DNA from: Felis catus
Taxonomy: Eukaryota
Reading direction: 5' to 3'
Assembly (NCBI RefSeq): GCF_018350175.1
Contig: NC_058383.1
Span: 14,386,001-14,450,000 of the forward strand
DNA length: 64,000 nucleotides
In this document: positions 1-12,547 of the stretch, piece by piece
How positions within the stretch are numbered: position 1 is the first letter of the stretch
Layout of the letters: each line of letters opens with the position of its first letter
Program-made: the position numbers and the translations under genes
Notes under the pieces: generated by a model
Seen by the model: the letters and a program-made list of their open reading frames with translations, nothing else
Told to the model about the DNA's origin: nothing
Database searches by the model: none

Positions 1-954
1 TAGTGGCGGATTCGCCCTAAACTGACTTTGCAGGATCCCTGCTAACACAAGACTCGTCAAGGAAGGACCTAGAAGTCCCAGGTGGAGAAGAGGGCTCAGA
101 GGAGCCTTGCTGAAGTTTGGTCAAAGACAGAGTCATCATGAAGGGATGCTCTTCTACTCTTCCTCTCCTCCATGCCCTAGATGCACCTAGCTGTAAACAG
201 GGGTGGGGTGCAGGCTTTCTTTGGAGATGCCCTGAAACAGAACAAAGCTGTTGACTGGCCCTCCGTTCTCTTCCCCCAGCATAACCTTCAAACCACAAAG
301 AGTCGCTGGAAAATGATCTTTCATTCTTTCCTGTCTCCTTGTGCAAACAAAAAGGACAGGGGTTAGAGCGCTCCTTGGTGATCCTTTCACGTTGCTTATC
401 TGTGACTCCCACTGGGTCTGTGCACGGCATCAGGATCCCTAATACCCCGGTGCTGGGGAGCTGGAGAGGCCCAGAGAGGCGGTTGCCTTCTTTTCTGGTT
501 GTTTCCCTTCCCTACTGCTGTTGGCTCCAGCCTCCTAAACACACTTCAGTTCCAGAGTTCCAACGTAACGTGTAGAAGAAAAACGTTAAAGAAACTTAAC
601 TTTAACTACCCAGCTTGCTCTCTGGAGAGCGTGCTTTTTCCTATGGGAGGTTTGATCACCTTTGCTCCCCCCACACAAGATGAACGCAGGGCAAGACCAC
701 ATACAAAAGAGATGACGCTTTCCTACCCAGCTTCATGTCCTGCTTCCGTGTCTAAGCCACACACGCCCAACATTGGTGGGAATGAAATTCCAGAACAGCT
801 TCTTTGTTTTGTCAAGTCTGTTCAGTAAAAGCATTTGCTCCTGCTGGGCCTGACCCTCGCCTACTTTCTCCCTTCCTTGGGTCTAGTACTCTTTCAAGTT
901 ATGTCTGTCCACAGTGCTTGGGAGGACAGCAGAATCTGCAAAGAAGAGGCTTAA

Positions 955-1205
955 GGGGCCACCTGGGTGGCTCAGTCGGTTTAGCGTTCGGCTTCCGCTC
1001 AGGTCACGATCTCATGGTTCACAAGTTCAAGTCCTCTGTCGGACTCTGTGCTGACAGCTCAGAGCCTGGAGCCTGCTTTGGATTGTGTCTCTGTCTTTCT
1101 CTGCCCCTGGCCCACTCATGCTCTGTCTCTGTCTCTGTCTTTCTCTCTCAAAAAAAAAAAAAAAAAAAAAAAGAATAAATATTTAAAAAATAAAAAAAAT
1201 AAAAA
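955..1205 (+). mobile_element. Can-SINE (SINEC_Fc-like), full length
   Basis: GGGGCCACCTGGGTGGCTCAGTCGGTT head, (CT)n tract, poly(A); TSD AAAGAAGAGGCTTA at 940-953 and 1206-1219. Confidence 0.95.
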
Positions 1206-2064
1206 AAAGAAGAGGCTTAGGGACAGTTGTGTCCTTGGCAAGGAACTGGGGTGGAGTTTGCAATGCGTTGGAGCCACTTGCACGTCAGCTGTACTGTTGT
1301 TATACATCGGTAGGGTCAGCTGTGTCTCCCAAGTATGCTTGTATTCGTGAAAGGTCCATACGCGATTAACTTCTGACTGTATTATTATTATTGGATTAAT
1401 TCAGAGTGATGGGGGACACGGTGATGTCTAGAAGATGGTGATCATCCATGGAGAAACACAAAGGCGATGAGCCCTATTTTTCATCAGCTTGTTTTATGTA
1501 AAAGACACAAGCTTGAAAAAAATGGACTCAAAAGTAATTTCTGCATTTTAATACTAATTCTCTGCCTCCCTCCCATGGCAGGACTTGGCCTGGTATGCTA
1601 CCAGCTTAGTGATGGAAGATTTGGGGTCCTGGGGACCCAAGGTTCATGCCACAGAGTTCCGTTGTAGATGGCAGGAAACATAGATAGTCAAAGAAAGAGC
1701 TCAAAGTCTATAGGGACACCTGAAGCCCAAATACTGGGAAAATCAGACATGAAGAAAATTAGTGATGGGGACCAAAGATCTTCAGAGCCAAGGTGTACTG
1801 GTAACATTACATAGGTACACCGGGGGCCTGGGGCGGAGCTTCTACACCAGCTGGGCCTTGCGTCTGGATTTTATGAATTGGCATGTGGGGGAGGGTGCAG
1901 GTGTGTTCTAGGACATTCTTGATATAAGAGATGGGCTCCCCTAAACTCACTGGTTTGTGTTCCTCCCATCTTGACCTTGGACTGGCAGCATCTGCCCCAG
2001 CCCAGGCCACCTTGATTGCTCGTCCCGGGGCTTCTTGCCTTCCTGTACTTATCTTTCTTCTATT

Positions 2065-2420
2065 CTGTCACTCGTTCATTCTTCTGTTGTCCGGTAACAA
2101 TTTACTGAGCTGTTAATCTTTGCTGGGTTCAGCGTCACAATCATAAGCCAAAATAGAAGTTTCTTCCTAAGGAGCTTGGAGATTGGGTGGCTCATCACAC
2201 CGATGAAGTCACAGTGACAAAGTAAGCCAAGTGCTTGCCAGTAAGGAATGTAGTGCTGTAAGAAGGTAATCAGGGAAGTTGTCCCCATGATGGGGACACT
2301 GGAGTAGAGATATGACAAATAATAGGAATCCAATAGACAAAGGAATGAGAGAGGGGGGAGAATGTTCTGGGCTCTTGGAATGGTCAGTGAAGGTTCAGAG
2401 ATGGGAAACAGTATCATAGA
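2065..2420 (-). mobile_element. L2 LINE 3' fragment (degraded)
   Basis: CACTCGTTCATT...ATTTACTGAGC resembles the reverse complement of the L2 3' end; boundaries approximate. Confidence 0.5.
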
Positions 2421-2485
2421 TTCCTGGAATCTCTAGGAGGCTGTTGTTGGAGGGAGGAGGGACGGAGGAACTGTGTAAAAGAAGG

Positions 2486-2590
2486 TTCTGGAGTCCCAGA
2501 GATCTGGGTTCAAATGGTGGCTCCACTGTGTCGCTTTGGGCAAGTTATTTAAACTTTCTGTGCCTCAGACTCCTCATTTGTAAATGAACA
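2486..2590 (+). mobile_element. MIR SINE fragment
   Basis: CTGGGTTCAAAT...TTGGGCAAGTTATTTAAACTTTCTGTGCCTCAG...CTCATTTGTAAATG MIR core. Confidence 0.8.
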
Positions 2591-2599
2591 GCGCTGCCA

Positions 2600-2742
2600 G
2601 CACTATGACTAGTTAACAATACTTAAAATTGCCGAGCGAGTAGATATTAAATGTTCTCACCACAAAAAAGAACACACGTGCATCAAATCATCGTTTTGTA
2701 TATCTTAAATTTACACCATGCTGTATGTCCATGATATCTCGA
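2600..2742 (+). mobile_element. L1MA-type 3' UTR fragment
   Basis: GAGTAGATATTAAATGTTCTCACCACAAAAA...CTTAAATTTACAC...TGTATGTC matches old L1MA 3' end. Confidence 0.7.
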
Positions 2743-4354
2743 GAGAGCCAAACAAACAAAACAAACAGGAGTAGCAATCGCCTAGAACAATTCCTGGTCG
2801 AGTGTTTGTTACCTTTGAAGACTGCAGCCAGGGAACAGAGGATCGATGCGGCTTTATCACGCACTTGGAGATGTGGTCCACTGGAAAAAAAATGTTGGTC
2901 CCAAGATGTGTCATACCCTTCTGTTAATATTGTAGTCGGGCTCAGAAATGAATGCCAGTGATATATTTCCAAAACTAAGAGAGAAGATATGAATACAAAA
3001 TTAAGTTTTGGGGGAACATTGGCTAGTTGGGTTGGTTAGTTGATGTTTTGACTCTCCTAGAATGGAGAAGAAACACCAGTAGAAGTCAGATTAAGGGGAG
3101 CATTTTGAGTTGAATGTCCCTTTCCAATGCCAGTCATCCGGAGTATTTGTACATCTCTCTCCGGAAGGACAAAAACCTCTTTTTAAACTGCCAACTTTTA
3201 GAAATGGAGACGTTGATCCAAGAAGAAGGAGGGAGATGATGTAAAAACCGTAGCAGAGATTTAAAGCAGATCGGAAAATGAATAGACTGGACTTCGCTTA
3301 ATTAACTAAGACACCCAAGGGCACCCGAATTCTGCAAACAGGTGACGAGGAATCACAAACGGGGTCAGTTGTCTGATGCTCACATTTCAGAGGGTGAGGG
3401 TGTGTGTTTTGCATATTGAATCATATTCAGGCTCATGTATTTTTTTTTTATATACAGAGGGATCATTGGTTTTCTCTGGTTCCCCCACCCAATTTTTAAA
3501 AACTTTTTTTCCTATAGAAATTCATTATTTGGGATGCTGCTGTGGACTGAAGTCCTGCCCCATCGGATTCCCCAAACCACGGCTAACCCGTCGGACATTT
3601 AGAACAACGTCCGTGCAGTTTTAAACTCTAATTACCTGTGATCCCAACGTGACTGGGCCCCTGTGGGAACAGCCTCCGCACCCTTCCAGGAGTAGGGCTC
3701 GGCACCATATGCTCAAAAAACAAATTCGGCTCTGCAGAGCATGTTTGGTATGAAATAGACTGCACAGGCAATTAACGCGGGAGGAAGCAGAGAAGACCAC
3801 GTCACCTGCCACAGCAATATTTAACAAAATTGCTATGAAATACCTGATTCTACCCTTTTGTTTCCTCATTGGCTGCCAGTCACCTCCTCCTCCTCCTCCC
3901 TGTGTCTTCCTGTTCTCTTACACCAAGCACGGTAACTCTTCGCTTTTCCCATCTCGCTTTTCCCACGTCCATCATCCCTTTTAGCAAACAAAGGACCCTT
4001 CTCTGCGGCATCCTCTGCAGTTGGGAATTATAAACAACAGATAACGCTTTCCTATCGCAGATAATTTGTTTTTCGGTTTGCATGTGTCTGTTGGTTCAAT
4101 CCTCATGTTTGCGTTTTCTGATTGTGTTCCAAAGTAGTTGAAAAATAGCCCGCCTCTCCCCAACCAGGCACAGCATGTGTCTACCCTCAGAGAGCCTGAT
4201 CAGTGCTTCATTTTCTGTGTGGGTTGTTGTGAAAGATGTTTACTGATGTTTACTGTTTTACCCAAAGCAAACTACAGGCTTTTATGGAATCCTGGCAAAG
4301 CCAGGTTAATAGGACATGACTGGTCACTTGGTCCAGCCATTGCATTATGACGGC

Positions 4355-4525
4355 ACAGCGCAGCGGGCCCTGAAGCCAGACTTCCTTCTCAGCTGGGTGA
4401 CGTTGGACAACTCTCCTAACCTCTCTGGGACTCAATTTTATCATCTTTAAAATGAGGATAAACAATAGCACCTATCTCATGGGCTTGTTTCAAAGATTAA
4501 TGAGTTGATGTCACTAAAGCATAAT
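4355..4525 (+). mobile_element. MIR SINE
   Basis: TGGGTGACGTTGGACAA...CTAACCTCTCTG...CATCTTTAAAATGAGGATAA...CACCTATCTCATGGGCTTGTT. Confidence 0.8.
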
Positions 4526-4730
4526 TTAAAACCGTGCTCCGCCTGCACATAGAAAGTGAAAACATAACATTTCATTCAAGTTATTAATTCACAGAAGAAT
4601 CAATAAGATGTTAAGTCCAGTTCAAATGAAAGTTTGATTTACAGAGATTTATATCCTTTACCAGAAAACAAAATCATTACAGGTAGCATTTGCCTGTTCC
4701 CTGCCTGTTCTCTAGAATGCAACAGCTACT

Positions 4731-4944
4731 CCTGCGGTGAACACCCTCCACCCCCACCCAAAGATACACACATCCTCACCCCCAGGACCTGTAACCGTTA
4801 TTTATATGGTGAAAAATGGTTTGGCGGCTGTGATTAAATTAAAGATCTTGAGATGAAAAGATTATCCTGGATTATCTTGGTGGTTCCTACCTAAATGGAA
4901 TCACATGTATCCTTCTAGGAAAAAAGCAGAGGGAGACTTAATGG

Positions 4945-4984
<40 letters not shown>

Positions 4985-5258
4985 AGGCAGTGTGACTACA
5001 GACGCAGAGTGGAGTGACATGGCCACAAACCAAGGAATGCCAGGAGCTACCAAAGGGCGGGAGAGGCAAGGAACGGGTTCTCCCATGCGGCGTCTGGAGA
5101 GAACACAGCCCTGCAGATGCCGTGATTTCAAAGCCCGGTGAAACTGACTGATTTCCGACTTCTGGCCTCCAGAAGGAGAGAGAGAGAGAGCATAAATTTC
5201 TGTTGCTTTAAGCCAGCAAGTGTGTAGCAATCTGTAACCGCAGCCCCAGGAGCTGACT
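4731..5258 (+). mobile_element. MaLR solo LTR (MLT1C/D-like)
   Basis: CCCAAAGATAC...GTGATTAAATTAAAGATCTTGAGATG...ATTATCCTGGATTATC...CCAAGGAATGC...GACTTCTGGCCTCCAGAA...ATAAATTTCTGTTGCTTTAAGCCA. Confidence 0.9.
4946..4982. repeat. (CA)n microsatellite within MLT1
   Basis: perfect CA run. Confidence 0.97.
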
Positions 5259-6028
5259 TCAGAGGTGTAAAATAGCCTCCTGAACAAGTCAATCCAAAGC
5301 CCGGACTCCCTGGAGGGCGTGCTGGACCGCACCCAGAGCACCGCGGAAGGGATTTCCAGGAATCTCTTTTACCCATTTCTGTCTCTGGGTATTTCTTCCT
5401 GACAACCTTGGGCCGGGGTACCTGCACAGTCTACAGTCCTCAGGACACACACGGAGCATCTGATCTGTGGGAAGCATCACTGTGCAACGGCTCTAATACT
5501 CTGCTCTTACTACAACTAATTCATTGCCATCATTGTTTTTGTGTTCCCAGCTGGTCCTTGTCTCTGTGTGGGCTGTGTTGATGGGACCAGTGATTCACTT
5601 GACTAACTGGGACCCATGTCCTATGAAAAAGAACGATGGGCTCATGCTTGGGGGGGGGGAGGTTGTTCTCGTTGTGATTTGTGTTTCAGCACTTAAGTGC
5701 AAGGGCAAAGGCGTCAGGTGTCGGCGGTGATGGGCTTTGTAGTATCTAAGCCTCCCCAGCTCGATGTCCTGAGCTGCTGGGGAGATACAGAGAGCAAAAA
5801 GGATAATTAGATGGAAAGATGTGTGGTTTTCAAGGAACAAGAGTCACGGAGAGTACCAGTAGGATACAAAGAAGCTTGCTCATGAACCCCCTAGATAGCA
5901 GACGAAACTGCCTTATTGCTAGCTTAAAAAGAGATTGAATTTTTTTTTTTTTTTGGATGAAGGAGGGAAAACCATAGGCTGATCAGAACTGAATGTGACA
6001 TTTAATAGCATATGGAATTAATCTGGGA

Positions 6029-6234
6029 CTGTGGCTCTCAAGGAGGTTGGGGGAGGGTTTTGTCCCCCAGGGGACATTTGGCAGTGAATGGTGACATTTT
6101 TGGTCAGCACAGCCAGGGGTGCCGCTGGCATTGGTTGGTAGAGGGCAGGGGTGCTGCTGTTGCCTGCCCAGGATTGCCTTCAGTGAGGGCTTTTGCAGCC
6201 CTAAAGGTTAGCAGTGCCGAGGCTGGGAAGCTTG
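6029..6234 (+). mobile_element. MER20 hAT-Charlie DNA transposon relic
   Basis: TTTTGTCCCCCAGGGGACATTTGGCA...GACATTTTTGGT...CTGGCAT...GGTAGAGG...AGTGCCGAGGCTGGGAA matches MER20. Confidence 0.85.
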
Positions 6235-7341
6235 CATCCGGGGCCGAGAGTTCCAGACTCCCAGAATCAGAGCCCCCAGAGGGACCCTAGAGATCATGAA
6301 GTTGAGTGGTTTCCAGAGGACATCCTTCAGATCCCACAGGGTGGGATGAGCAGGCCCTGGGAGCTCCAGCAGGCCCAGTGCGGGATGCGAGGCGGTCCCC
6401 AGGGGCCACCGCGTCACCAGCCCCTCTCTCCTCTGTGTTGGCCTGGGACTGAGCATTTCAGCTGGGTGCTGTTGCTACTCAGCAGAAGTTCGAAAATGAC
6501 AGGCGTGCTTTAATCCTTTTCTTTTGTAGCTGAAAAGTACACGTCTGGCCGCCGGAGCTCCCAGGCAGCGACGGCGCCCTTGGGAGCCCAGCGTCCCGTC
6601 TGCCCCCGCGCCATAGCCGACCCTCTCGCGTGTCCCCTCAGACCCCGTCGGAAAAACCTGTGGCGCTTCAAACCGTTGTCTGAGAAATCTTTCCGACAGG
6701 AACTGGTTTAGTTTCCGACCGTCGTGAATGGTTATTTGAGGATCTTATTGAGACTGTTTACCGAGGCATTCACCAGCCCACCCTGTTGTTGGCCCTGAAC
6801 GTTCAGAGGGTATAACATTTACAGCTGAGATGATCCAATTCCAGTCCACGTGGTAGGAGCTGGAGTTTTCAGTAAATCCACAGCTTCCGTGTTGGCCTCC
6901 TCCACGCAGAAAGTGGCGAGGACCGGCAGAAATAAGCACACACTGGGTCCCCCGCTGTCATCCTGTGTTCCCTCTCTGTGGCTGCCTGGCACCTGTGACC
7001 ACCCTCCTCCTGTTTCGGGGGAGATGCCACCCCACGTCCAGCCTTTCGGAGATCGGAGCGGAAACTCGCCTCCCCGCCTCCCTTGTAGCTCAGGTCTGAG
7101 GCGAGAACCAGCTTCCCCAGCCAGACTCCCCTGGGGGAGGGTGGGGGAAGACGGCCATCGAAAGACGTATCAGCAAGTCCATTCACGTGACGGGGAGGAG
7201 AAGCTTCTGAAAAGCTAAACCGGTGCCTGTTTTTGTCGGGGTGTCTTGTCCCCTCTTGGCTGAGGGCCTCCAATGGTAAAGTCCTGTGCAGGCGAATCAG
7301 CTAGGGTCAGTTCTGTAGGTAGCCACTCAGAACAGCTCCTG

Positions 7342-7578
7342 GGGGCGCCCAGGTGGCTCAGTCGGTTGGGCATCCGACTTCGGCTCAGGTCATGATCACG
7401 TGGTTCGTGAGTTCGAGCCCCGCGTCGGGCTCTGCGCTCACAGCTCGGAGCCTGGAGCCCGCTTCAGATTCTGTGTCTCCCTCTCTCTCTGTCCTTCCCC
7501 CGCTCGCACTCTGTCTCCCTCTCTCTTTCTCTCTCTCAAAAATAAACATTAAAAAAAAATTTAAAGAAAAAAAAAAAA
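7342..7578 (+). mobile_element. Can-SINE (SINEC_Fc-like)
   Basis: canonical head/body/(CT)n/poly(A); degenerate TSD AGAACAGCTCCTG / AGAAAAACTCCTG. Confidence 0.95.
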
Positions 7579-9007
7579 GAAAAACTCCTGATGCAGAAGA
7601 AGTAGGACACTAGAACTATCTCAGAGACCAAATCACTTGGCGTTGCTGCATTTCTGTGAAATACCGTAACCCTCGCACGAAGCTTCACCGCTCCCTCTTT
7701 CTCTGCGTCGCCCACCCTAATTAGGCAGCTTTTGGAAACACTCACGCTAGTATCTTGTCTAAGACCAGAAATCGTCCTTTACTGTTGAGTTCAGGGCCGC
7801 TGGCATTAGGAGCGAGGCGTTGCATGGCCCATGGCGACCAGATGCACGACTGACTCAATCTCTATGCTTAGATTTCTAAAAATGTCTCAAGTAAAAACAA
7901 AAAGTTAAAAGAGTTTTCCACCCAACTTTTCACCGTGTCGCTTCCGCACGCACGGCTTCAGGTGGGCTCTGTCTTAAACGGGTTCTCGGGAAATGCCACA
8001 GAGCCGTGGCTGCGACAGGCTCAGGGAGCCACCCTGAGACCGTCAGCACGGCTTGAGGACGCTCCGGTAGCTAATTGATTCGGCCAAGAGAATTTGTGGC
8101 TGATGAACAGCGCAGACCTTTTCTTCTCAGCCGGTCAGTGAGAAGGAAGTCTCCCGAATTCCGTCTTCGCAGGGGACTTTTCTTTCTCTTGTGGGGGGGG
8201 GGGGGCGTGTTCATTTGCAAACAGAAGCATGTTTAAATGTCTGCGGAAATGTCCAGAGACTGTGAGATCCAAGATTATGTTTGCAGAGGCCGCGCGGGGC
8301 TCATGCTCGGTTGGACAACAAAATTGCCTTTGAACGGGCTGGGGCTGGAGGACCTGCTAATGGTCTGAGTCAAGGATCCCTCTGATATTTTCAGGCTACA
8401 GGGCCCACTTTGTGGCCACTCCAGCCATTTTTCCAGAAAGCGTTCAAGTGGAGACATTGCACCAGAGCTGCCTTTGTGAGATGTGTCACGTCTTCGTGCA
8501 TGAGGCTGACAGAGCCATAGTCTCTCTCCTTTTGAGGTGAACCTCTTCTCGACCCAGCAGGTCTTTCCGCTGAGAAGAGGCCCTCTGCCCCCCTGGCGTG
8601 TGTCTGTCCTTTGAGCGTGTAAAGCCTGTGTTTCCCAGGCCGTGCTACACCAGTTGGGCCGATGTTAAAGCTCGGTCCATGATAACAGTCACAGATCTGT
8701 GGCTCTTGGGAGACCCCTCACGGGGCTTTTGCAGCGTTTGGCTGGGCTTCTTCCCGGGCAGGGCCTCTGCGGTCAGGCCTCCCGGCTACCGCACAATCCT
8801 TTCATTTCTCTCTCCTGCTGTGCTGTCTCCTGTTCTTCTGATGCCCCGGATGCCAGTCCCGTGGGTGGCATACTGCCCGACACACAGCTGTCCACACTCA
8901 CCCGAGGTGCTTCGGTGCCTGATGCCGAGGACTTGGTCTGTCGTCATTGCAGAAGGGGCCGGTGTCTATCGTGCTGAGGCTTTGAGCTTTCAAACCCAGT
9001 GTTTTCC

Positions 9008-9221
9008 GGGGCGCCTGGTCGGGGGGGCTCAGTCGGTTAAGCATCCAACTCTTGATTTCGGCTCAAATCGGGATCTCACCGTCTGTGGGTTCGAGCCCCG
9101 TGTGGGGCCCTGTGCTGACAGCGTGGAGCCTGCTTGGGATTCTCTCTGTCTCGCTCTCTTCTCTCTGCCTCTCCCCTGCTCACACTCTTGTTTATTAACT
9201 TTAATAAAGTTAAAAAAAAAA
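9008..9221 (+). mobile_element. Can-SINE (older subfamily, TTGATTTCGGCTCA type)
   Basis: GGGGCGCCTGG...GCTCAGTCGGTTAAGCATCCAACTCTTGATTTCGGCTCA...TGCTTGGGATTCTCTC, A-rich tail. Confidence 0.92.
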
Positions 9222-10710
9222 CCCCACAACAATATTTGCTGAATGAGCCCTTTCACAGCAGGCTGGTCAGCCTGGAGTTTGAAAGCCTTTGCAGTTTGCC
9301 CGTGAAGATGAGAAAACACACAGCCCACATCCTGGCCTTGCGGTCCCCCGTCGCCTTAGACCGTGGCCCCCCAGCTTTGTACCAAACCGGTGCGCTTTCT
9401 CAAGAGGTAGCTTGGAATCCCTCATAAGCACCCATGGGACAAGTCCTTCCAGAAGACACAGTCTGCAGGATAGCTGGGTGTGGCCGCTTGGTGCTGTGAC
9501 GGTGGGCCCGGCTGGACTACATTTCCCAGAATTCCCCTCCCTGTAGGTTTCCGATGGGGTGGCCCACAAGACTCCTGGGGGAGATGAGAGTGGAGGTGAG
9601 GCAGCGGCCACGTTGTGCGCGTCGCACATGCTGTCGCTCATCTGCTGGCACGGGTAGCCAGCCCCTCTGTGACCGCTCTGCTTTTCCGGTAGCTTCCAGA
9701 GCTTCTCCAGCTCACTCGCGCCGGATGTGAGTATTTAGCTCCATGATGAAAGGCCCCGGCTTCTGTGGGAAGCCCCAAACCACCGAGGCCAGAGACAGCA
9801 AGACACCCGGGCAAGGTTTGTCCGTCGGCCTGGGCTTCGGCGTGTGTCTGGATTCCAGATTGTCCTCGTTTCTCCTCCTTATATCCATCATCTCCCCTCC
9901 CTGACCCTCCGCTCTGTGGAATTCAAGCTCCAGCATCAGACTTGGAGACAAGAGCCTTCCAGAGTCGGCTTGACTGCTCCCACGGTGGACCCGACACTCC
10001 TACCCCCACCCTTCCCCTCCACCCTCTTCCCTCCCCCTCCCCAAGTAAGGCCCCCACCCAGGCTATTCAGGGTGGGGCATGAAGGTCCAACCCCCTTGCC
10101 TGACTGGGGGCATCTCTGTAGGACGGCTGGCTTCAGCAATCCTCTGCGGTCCCTGTCCTGTGTGCATCGTAGTTTAGCTTCTCCTCCGCCCAATCCTGGA
10201 CGTGTGCTTGCGTCTCCGTGGGGGCGGCCAAGTTTCTCCTCCTCAAGCATCTTTCAGTCTCCTACTAAGCTTGCTGGAGCATGAACAACACGAGTCTGTC
10301 ATCTCCTTCCTCGGCCATGCTTAACTGATAACAAGATAGACCATGAGGAAACTAGAATCTGGAAACTACAGCCGGTGGGTCAGAAGTTTTGTGACGGTAC
10401 TGAAAACCCATCCAGGGAATCGCTGGGAGCTAAGCTGAGTCTGAGCAAGAAGCAAGCCCTTAGACAGAACGAGGGGCAGGTGAGGAAAGAGCGAAGGGCC
10501 CTGCCGGCATGGGGATCGTAGAGTGTCTGGGCAGGCAGGCTAAGGGAGTGTCATAGCAGAGAGCAAGACCCAGTGTCGCATCGGACCAGAATCCCGGGGA
10601 GGCATACGGTCTTTGCTGCGGGGAATGTGAGGGAACTTTCAGAAGAGAGACAGGTTCTGCACAAGGAGCCAGACAGAACCCCTGTCACTCGTCGGAACAC
10701 CAGCTGGAGC

Positions 10711-10885
10711 CCAGGTTCTGAAACTTGAGCGGCATCAGGATCACCTAGAGGGCTTGCTGAAACAGTTCCCAGCCTCGCCCAGAGATTTTCTCATTCAGCA
10801 GGCCGAGGTGGGTGGGGCCCGCGGGATTGCAATTTTTTTGACATGTTCCCAGGTAATCCTGATGTTGCTGATCTGGAGAACCCTG
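10711..10885. mobile_element. MER5A hAT relic
   Basis: TTCTGAAACTTGAGCGGCATCAGGATCACCTAGAGGGCTTG...TTCCCAGGTAATCCTGATGTTGCTG. Confidence 0.8.
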
Positions 10886-11789
10886 ACATAGAGCAAGACC
10901 AGAAGACAGGTGAGCCTGATACAGACACCTGAATACCAGCTCTGAAATGCCTTACTCACGATCAGTTCCTATCAGCAAGGACAGAAACCCGAAATAAGGT
11001 CGGAGAGTCGCGTGAAACAGACAAGCTGATCTTAATCAATAGATTTTAGAGTCAGATGTTCGCTATGGGAAGTGAGTCTGCTACTCTGAGCCCGGTCCTT
11101 CATCTGTAAAAAGGTATCAGGTAGGGTTCCGGTAAGAATTGCCAGAGATCAGATGTGGAAGGTGCTAGCGTGAAGTCTGGCCAGAACAAGCCCTCACTAG
11201 ACAGAATGATTGCCCGATGGAAGAATTAGATGGACCGACGGAATGATCCCAAGCCTTTCATAAGTGTTTGTAGGGCATGTGGGGTGGTGGGGGGATGAAG
11301 GTGAAGGGGAACGTCATCTTAAATGACCGGCTTTGGGTTCTGTGGGCAAAGGGAGCCAGTCCCTCCAGAATTTTGGCCTTCTGGTCCCCTGGGCTCTGAA
11401 TCATACTCATTCTGCTGGACCTCCCTGGTAATATTGAGTAGCTGGGGGTGAGGGTGGGCCTAGCGGTAAGAGTAGTGGTACAGGTGATCTTTATTTTTCC
11501 TCAGGCAGGGAATGTAAGAAGCTGTCCGGATGGCTTTTCTCCACCAGTTGCATTTTACAGCCTATGATTTGTAGTGAGGGCCGTCATGGCCACAAAGCAC
11601 GCGGCATTATTTATATGTTTGTTCCCTGCCTTGTTCCCGAATGATTTAAGGCAGCTGCACACCCTAGTAAATTCATCCACTATCAGTGCCCGTGGGGAGA
11701 GGCAGAGTTTCGTTATCAGCCCAGGCAGGTCGGCTTGGTGGACTGGTCTTAGCAGGAGACCCCAGTGCCATCTTGCCGTCCGGAAAAGA

Positions 11790-11953
11790 TAACCCGGAGT
11801 GGCCGTACGGAGGACTTGTTTGAGCACACGCTGCTGAGCCCCACGATTGTCTGATTTATTAGGTCTAAGGCAGCCCCGAGGATATGCATTTCTAACAAGT
11901 TACCCGATGCTGCAGATGCCGCTGGTCTGGGAGTCGCGCTTTGAGAAGCACTG
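11790..11953. mobile_element. MER5A hAT relic
   Basis: TGCATTTCTAACAAGTT...GATGCCGCTGGTCTGGGA...CTTTGAGAAGCACTG terminus. Confidence 0.8.
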
Positions 11954-12279
11954 ACCTGGAGAAATTTATACTGAAGTCTCTCCTCTCAGAGTGTGAGCTT
12001 TACTCCACGTGTCCATGCCCCAGCGATAACTGGGCCTGTTTTAGGTTCTCTCCCCACCCACAGAGCTGCCGGGAGCCTCTCACTTGTACCCACCTTCCTC
12101 AGGTATGTCGTGTTCTAGAACTTTCCAACCCTGGCTCCTGTGGAAACCCTCAGTCCTCTGGCTGTCACTTTCAGGGCCGTGACCAGAGCATCCTCATTCA
12201 ACCGTGTTTTCACTGAGACATGGGATGATCTGATGGGTGGCTCTTTCCTGGTGAAGCAGAGGGAGAGAGAGGACTGAGC

Positions 12280-12425
12280 CTTTGGTGGCAGATAGACCTG
12301 GCTTCACAAAGAACGTGGGCCAGGGACGAAAGTGGGTAAGTGACCCCAGTCCTCTCACTCATTAATCTGCAAACTGGAGAGAATACAGTTTCGTGGAACG
12401 GCCGTGAGGAATCGGTTGTACAATA
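12280..12425 (+). mobile_element. MIR fragment
   Basis: CAGATAGACCTGGCTTCA...GGGTAAGTGAC...ATCTGCAAACTGGAGAGAAT...GTGAGGA. Confidence 0.55.
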
Positions 12426-12547
12426 CAAAGTACAGCTGACCCTTGAACAACACGGGTTTGAACTGCACGGGTCCACTTACACATGAATTGTTTTCAATGA
12501 ATACAGTACAGGACTGGAGATGTATTTCCATCTCTTTTTGCTTTTCT

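Noticed and set aside
955..1040. tRNA-like A/B boxes at SINE heads
   Set aside because: These are the tRNA-derived promoters of Can-SINEs, not tRNA genes.
8598..9242. 214-aa ORF
   Set aside because: No recognisable domain, non-ATG start, runs into a SINE.
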